A DNA stretch of 64,000 bases from positions 64,001 through 128,000 of IMG/VR virus record IMGVR_UViG_3300031595_000166; one strand, given 5' to 3'. A program made the position numbers and the translations under genes. Every line of letters begins with the position of its first letter. Positions within the stretch are counted from its first letter, which is position 1. The notes beneath the pieces were generated by a model. The model saw only the letters and a program-made list of their open reading frames with translations, was not told where the DNA came from and ran no database searches. This stretch comes from a virus. Below are positions 59,006 through 64,000 of this stretch, piece by piece.

Positions 59006-59298
59006 ATCAGTATCAGATACTTTTGCAAGTTTTCTTTTCCATAGATATGTTTGTTATCGAGTTGTGGAATGTAATTGCCATTGATCCAGTATCGAGTTTC
59101 TCCATTAGCATACTCAATAGCAGGACCATCTTCCCGATGAAGTTTGCCATTGAGACACCAGTATTTGTCTCCATTAGCATACTCAACAGCAGGCATCGTC
59201 AATCCAGTTTCTGGATTGATTTCTTCTCGATGCCATTTGCCATTGAGAAACCAGCGTTTGTTTCCATTAGCATCAATTTTACATTTAGACTTATTCAT
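59002..59298 (-). CDS. HREDGPA repeat protein with tagged tail
   Basis: Ends YGKENLQKYLILI. Confidence 0.85.
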   Translation of the reverse strand: MNKSKCKIDANGNKRWFLNGKWHREEINPETGLTMPAVEYANGDKYWCLNGKLHREDGPAIEYANGETRYWINGNYIPQLDNKHIYGKENLQKYLILI

Positions 59299-59783
59299 AT
59301 CAGTATCAGATACTTTTGCAAGTTTTCTTTTCCATAGATGTGTTTGTTATCAAGCTGACAGATGTGATTACCATTGATCCAATATCGAGTTCTTCTATCA
59401 ATGTATTCAACTGCTGGACCATCATCATTATGAAGTTTGCCATCTAAGAACCATCGTTTGGTTCCGGTATTATACTCAACAATCAATCCATCTTCTCGAT
59501 TAAGTTTACCATTGAGATACCATTCTTTTGTTCCATCTCCAAGCTCGATAGCTGGACCATCGTCTCTATGAAGCTCGTTATGTTGATACCAATATTTATC
59601 TCCATTAGCAACAACAACAACAGCGGGTCCATTTCTGCGATGAATCTTATTATTCATATACCAGATTTTAGTTCCGTTAGGAAACTCAATAGCCGGACCA
59701 TCTTCGCGATGACGCTTATCATCAACGCGCCAATGTTTGACTCCGTAAAAATCAATTCTGAATTGATGAACCCCCGTCTCCAT
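59295..59783 (-). CDS. HREDGPA repeat protein with tagged tail
   Basis: Ends YGKENLQKYLILI. Confidence 0.85.
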   Translation of the reverse strand: METGVHQFRIDFYGVKHWRVDDKRHREDGPAIEFPNGTKIWYMNNKIHRRNGPAVVVVANGDKYWYQHNELHRDDGPAIELGDGTKEWYLNGKLNREDGLIVEYNTGTKRWFLDGKLHNDDGPAVEYIDRRTRYWINGNHICQLDNKHIYGKENLQKYLILI

Positions 59784-59806
59784 GACGCTACATACCTTTG
59801 TTTGTA

Positions 59807-60046
59807 TTATATGACATCGAAGCCTCTATCATCATACAAGTATTCACAGCAAGGATACTTACGCCCCAAGTCATCAACATCTTCCTCACCAGAATCTGGG
59901 TTAATATTACAATTACAGCCTCTTTTTATACAAGCATCGCAATAATAACGATCTTTTTCTTTCCTACCACTCGGGGCATACATCCATATTGCAAGTTCAG
60001 AACATTCGCAACAAGTATGCTTTGGGATGTAATCAACTACCTTCAT
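59807..60046 (-). CDS. Cys-rich hypothetical protein
   Basis: C..C...A.W.Y.P...CDAC..RGCNC...GRKYPCCEY. Confidence 0.65.
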   Translation of the reverse strand: MKVVDYIPKHTCCECSELAIWMYAPSGRKEKDRYYCDACIKRGCNCNINPDSGEEDVDDLGRKYPCCEYLYDDRGFDVI

Positions 60047-60302
60047 TTTATTCTCTTAGCGATTATAGTATCGCGTCTATTTGTGTAGTGCATAATCATA
60101 CTATTACAATAATCGATTGCTGCATCGCTTGCTGCAATGTATGTTTCATATAATGCATTCTCATAATGACCGCCATCATCATCTGAATCTACATCATACC
60201 AAAAATGCGGATCTCTGGTATAACCATTGTCAAGTGTGGCTTCTTTTACTTCGCCATCTTTGATGTAGAACCAATGTTTTTTCATTGCGTTTTCCTACGA
60301 AC

Positions 60303-60331
60303 AATCTAAGCACGCCAACGCGTCGTGTCAA
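60303..60331 (-). promoter_or_regulatory. sigma70-type promoter
   Basis: TTGACA-17-TAGATT. Confidence 0.75.
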
Positions 60332-60343
60332 GTGCCAGGCGGA

Positions 60344-60808
60344 CTACAATAACAACAAGGCGGCTGCAAGATTCTCTTTACCATAGATAGTTCTGTTGTC
60401 TAATTTCTGAATGTATTTACCATCAATCCAGTATTGCTTTATACCATTCGGATTCTCAATGGCTGGACCATCATCTCTATGCCTTAGATTATTCTTATAC
60501 CAATATCCAGAACCATCAGGATATGTCATAGCAGGAAGACTCAATCCAGTTTCAGGATCAATTTCATCTCGATGAGTTTTGCCATGCATATACCAATCTT
60601 TTGATCCGTCATTCCATTCAATAGCTGGAAGCAATAGACCAGTTTTTAGATCTACTTCAAAACGATGACATTGATTATTGATATACCAGCATTTTGTTCC
60701 ATCCACGAACTCAATGGCTGGACCATGTTCATTATGAAGCTTGCCATCCAACTTCCAGCGCTTATCACCATACTCATCAATTACACAAACAGGTCGTTTA
60801 ATACCCAT
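60344..60808 (-). CDS. HREDGPA repeat protein with tagged tail
   Basis: Ends YGKENLAAALLLL. Confidence 0.85.
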   Translation of the reverse strand: MGIKRPVCVIDEYGDKRWKLDGKLHNEHGPAIEFVDGTKCWYINNQCHRFEVDLKTGLLLPAIEWNDGSKDWYMHGKTHRDEIDPETGLSLPAMTYPDGSGYWYKNNLRHRDDGPAIENPNGIKQYWIDGKYIQKLDNRTIYGKENLAAALLLL

Positions 60809-60852
60809 ATCTTTCCAGTAAAATACCCAGCTAAGGGCGTGATATTATTATA

Positions 60853-61158
60853 CTAAATTAGGAGCAATGCTGCTGCGAGTTTATTTTTACCGTAGATATA
60901 CTTGTTATCTAACTGCTGGATACGATTATCGTTGATCCAGTATTGAGTTTTTATTCCACCACCAGCGAACTCAACGGCTGGCCCATCAATTCGATGCCGC
61001 CGATTATTGATGAACCATGACTTGAATCCGTAGTTATCAACATATGCTGGAAGAGATAGACCAGTTTCAGGATCAATTTCATCACGATGGAAGTGTCGAT
61101 CTCTTCCTTCCAGTTGCCAATATGTTGAAGTTGGAGTGGTTATTTTGATTGATTTCAT
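60853..61158 (-). CDS. HREDGPA repeat protein with tagged tail
   Basis: Ends YGKNKLAAALLLI. Confidence 0.85.
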   Translation of the reverse strand: MKSIKITTPTSTYWQLEGRDRHFHRDEIDPETGLSLPAYVDNYGFKSWFINNRRHRIDGPAVEFAGGGIKTQYWINDNRIQQLDNKYIYGKNKLAAALLLI

Positions 61159-61189
61159 AGCTTGGATTGAGATTATATCCCTTGTTTAA

Positions 61190-62758
61190 TTAGTTGAGAA
61201 AACTATACGCGGAATTAGTAAAAAACTCCTGAAAATTTGGATCCAAAACTGATTTTGTAAAAAACTCTTTTGCTTCTTGAAACTTACCAGTGTCAAAACG
61301 ATCACCAACTTCGCTTTGAATGATGAGCATTTCTTCATCAATAGTTTTGAGTAGCAGTTCTTTCGTCAATACCGTGTCATCAATTATACAGTTATGATAT
61401 AGCCAACTCCAAGTAAGCCCAAAATTAATCTGATATGTCGCTGCGTCTTCCATCAAGTTATAAATTGCTACTGCTCCAATACCACGCAACCATGATTCAA
61501 GATACTGAATTGCTACACGGATATTACTACGAAGACCGCTCATAGTTATAGCACCACGATGAGGTTCCAGCAACTCTTCTTCGGTAATTACATAATTACA
61601 ATACCGGTCCATCTGATTATTTTGTGGCATCAACCAGTCGAATACTTGGCGGACAACATTAACTAACCCAGGATGTGCAATCCAGGCTGCTGATGCTCCA
61701 AGTCTTATTTCACGCATCTTGTCTAATCTAACTTTTTCCATTGCTTCTTCGTTAGCAAGCTTATCTCCCTTGACTGGGATCTGTGCCGCCATTCCACCGA
61801 TAGCCATAATACCACGTTTATGACAAGTCTGAACAAGCAATTTACAATAAGCATTTAGAAACGCTTTGTCCATCGTAATCTGTGATCTGTCTGGCAAAAT
61901 CATATCAGAACGGTTAGAAAACTTCTTGATGAACGAATATACATAATCATACCGAGCCATATTCATACCGACGATATAATCTTTCAATGCCCATACCACT
62001 TCGTCCATCTCAAACGCTAATGTAATCGTCTCAACTAAAACGGTAGCCTTGATCGTTCCAGTCTTCAATTTGAACTTTTCCTCAGCAAACCAAAATATAT
62101 CAGACCACAAGCGAGCCTCTTCCCAATTCTCCATCTTCGGAAGATAGAAGTATGCACTCGTTCCATTATCCATCAACTCTTTGATGTTATGGTAAAAATA
62201 CAATCCAAAATCCATCAATGCAGCAGGAATAGGTTCACCGTCAATCGTGAAGTGTTTCTCAATCATATGCCAGCCGCGAGGACGAACCATCAACACGGCA
62301 GTCTTGTCATTCAACTTGTATTCCTTGGCATCCGTCTTGAATGTAATTGTCTTTCTAACCGCATCCATCAAGTTGATCTGACCCTGAACAATGTTACCCC
62401 ATGTAGGAGAATTACTGTCTTCAAGATCTGCCATGAATACATTAGCACCAGAGTTCAACGCATTGATGATCATCTTCCTATCAGTCGGACCAGTGATCTC
62501 TACTCGTCTATCTTTCAAGTCTGCTGGAATAGGCGCTGCAATGTATCTCGAATTACGAACCCATTCCGTATCCTTTCGGAAGTGTGGAAGCAATCCGACA
62601 TCGAAGAGACTTTGTTTCACATGTCGAGCGGTAAGTAGTTCTTTTACTCTTGGAGAGAATTGCTGAACCAATGATGCAATGAACTCTATTGCACCGTTTG
62701 TGAATACTCGATTGTGTTTTTCTAAGTCTTTGATGTCGATTTTCATAATTGCCTTCAT
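61190..62758 (-). CDS. aceB: malate synthase A
   Basis: DRRVEITGP, ALNSGA..FMADLED, VRPRGWH, YLPKME, GGMAAQIP, LMEDAAT. Confidence 0.95.
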   Translation of the reverse strand: MKAIMKIDIKDLEKHNRVFTNGAIEFIASLVQQFSPRVKELLTARHVKQSLFDVGLLPHFRKDTEWVRNSRYIAAPIPADLKDRRVEITGPTDRKMIINALNSGANVFMADLEDSNSPTWGNIVQGQINLMDAVRKTITFKTDAKEYKLNDKTAVLMVRPRGWHMIEKHFTIDGEPIPAALMDFGLYFYHNIKELMDNGTSAYFYLPKMENWEEARLWSDIFWFAEEKFKLKTGTIKATVLVETITLAFEMDEVVWALKDYIVGMNMARYDYVYSFIKKFSNRSDMILPDRSQITMDKAFLNAYCKLLVQTCHKRGIMAIGGMAAQIPVKGDKLANEEAMEKVRLDKMREIRLGASAAWIAHPGLVNVVRQVFDWLMPQNNQMDRYCNYVITEEELLEPHRGAITMSGLRSNIRVAIQYLESWLRGIGAVAIYNLMEDAATYQINFGLTWSWLYHNCIIDDTVLTKELLLKTIDEEMLIIQSEVGDRFDTGKFQEAKEFFTKSVLDPNFQEFFTNSAYSFLN

Positions 62759-63051
62759 ATCAGTAGTAGTAATTTTTGCAGGTTTTCTTTTCCATAGATA
62801 CGTTTGTTATCAAGTTGTGGAATGTGATTACCATTGATATAGTAGTAAGTTCTACCATCAGCAAGCTCAACAGCAGGTCCGTCTTCTCGATGACATTTGC
62901 CATTGAGACACCATTCTTTGTATCCATTAGCATACTCAATAGCAGGACATGTCAATCCCGTTTCGGGATTGATGTCTTCTCGATGAAGTTTGCCATTGAG
63001 ATACCAACATTTGGCTCCATTAGCACTGACTTTATATTCAGGCTTACTCAT
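62755..63051 (-). CDS. HREDGPA repeat protein with tagged tail
   Basis: Ends YGKENLQKLLLLI. Confidence 0.85.
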   Translation of the reverse strand: MSKPEYKVSANGAKCWYLNGKLHREDINPETGLTCPAIEYANGYKEWCLNGKCHREDGPAVELADGRTYYYINGNHIPQLDNKRIYGKENLQKLLLLI

Positions 63052-63416
63052 ATTAGTATAAGATACTTTTGCAGGTTTTCTTTTCCATAAATTCGTTTGT
63101 TATCAAGTTGTGGAATGTGTTTATCATTCATCCAGTAGTAAGTTCTACCATCAGCACACTCAACGGCAGGACCATCTTCTCGATGGAGCCTGTCATTGAC
63201 ATACCAATATTTGGTTCCATTAGCATGTTCAATGGCAGGTCCATCTTCTCGATGACGTTTGTCATTGAGATACCAGCATTTGGTTCCATCAGCATTCTCA
63301 CCAGCAGGTCCGTCTTCCCGATGAAGTTTGCCATTGAGATACCAATGTAAGCTTACGTTTTTGTAGCGTTCGTAATATGGCTTACCAAGTAGTTTGTTTA
63401 GCCAATTCGTAAGCAT
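63048..63416 (-). CDS. HREDGPA repeat protein with tagged tail
   Basis: Ends YGKENLQKYLILI. Confidence 0.85.
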   Translation of the reverse strand: MLTNWLNKLLGKPYYERYKNVSLHWYLNGKLHREDGPAGENADGTKCWYLNDKRHREDGPAIEHANGTKYWYVNDRLHREDGPAVECADGRTYYWMNDKHIPQLDNKRIYGKENLQKYLILI

Positions 63417-64000
63417 TATGGCTTGGTTGTAATCCCGAGGTCGCGTGCAGCCTTGACTGATAGCATATCAATCAACCCATTATTGAGACCAGTGGTAGAC
63501 GAGCCTCCACCCATAACAACATCTGGCGTCTGTCGTTGTGCACCATAAGCTGATGCCCACGCTTTTTGCGATTCAAGCCAAGCATTCAATCGATCTTGGA
63601 AGTTGTTATTAGCACGCAACGCAAGACGTTTAGCATCTGCATCTGCCTTTGCTTCTGCAATCGTTTGTTGAGCAGCAAGCTTTGCAGTGTCAAGCGACAG
63701 TTGTGCAACTTCCTTGTTCTTTTCTGCTTGCGTAACCGCAACTGCTTTCTCTTGTTCTGCTGCCGTGACTGCCGTTGCTTTCTGAACCTCTTGATCCCAC
63801 TTCGCTTTTGCAGCGGCAGCCTTACCTTGTTGTTCAACCGTCAATGTATCTTGCTCTGCACGCTTTGCATTTACAATGCTTTGTTGCACAGCACTGATGG
63901 ATTCCTGCTGTTGTTTGATTTGTTGTTCAACAACCGGATCATAATCAATTCCGTTGATTGTAATGTTGCTCGCGCCCAATGAATACTTCTGAATAGGGCT
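63416..64000 (-). CDS. SPFH/band-7 family protein, C-terminal part (runs off window)
   Basis: I.GIDY...VEQQI, Ala/Glu-rich coiled coil, P.VVMGG tail. Confidence 0.7.
   Translation of the reverse strand, partial: SPIQKYSLGASNITINGIDYDPVVEQQIKQQQESISAVQQSIVNAKRAEQDTLTVEQQGKAAAAKAKWDQEVQKATAVTAAEQEKAVAVTQAEKNKEVAQLSLDTAKLAAQQTIAEAKADADAKRLALRANNNFQDRLNAWLESQKAWASAYGAQRQTPDVVMGGGSSTTGLNNGLIDMLSVKAARDLGITTKP

Overview
Segment of an AT-rich large (jumbo-type) bacteriophage genome. It is a densely packed, mostly minus-strand early/accessory region with ATGA-coupled small genes, 14 near-consensus sigma70-type promoters and no structural or replication module. Recognisable cargo: four tRNA genes (Arg-UCU, Asn-GUU, Cys-GCA, and a Leu-CAA interrupted by a group I intron), T4 Rnl1-type RNA ligase, metallophosphoesterase, a NAMPT plus NadM-Nudix NAD salvage operon, malate synthase, two OmpA-family proteins, glycosyltransferases, a TolC-like/MFP-like/GT2/GH16 polysaccharide operon, two atypical kinases, a SET protein, proteases and a free-standing endonuclease. 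The most striking feature is about 50 small proteins from several unrelated families that all end in the same C-terminal helix, of type (D/E)ERIEKLLLL(K/Q) or KENLQKYLILI. They include roughly 35 CPxC zinc-finger cassettes in tandem arrays, 12 HREDGPA-repeat proteins and several singletons, suggesting a library of variable binders carrying one shared docking, degron or sorting tag. The envelope lipoproteins hint at a myxobacterial-type Gram-negative host (inference). All calls are from manual reading; no database search was run.
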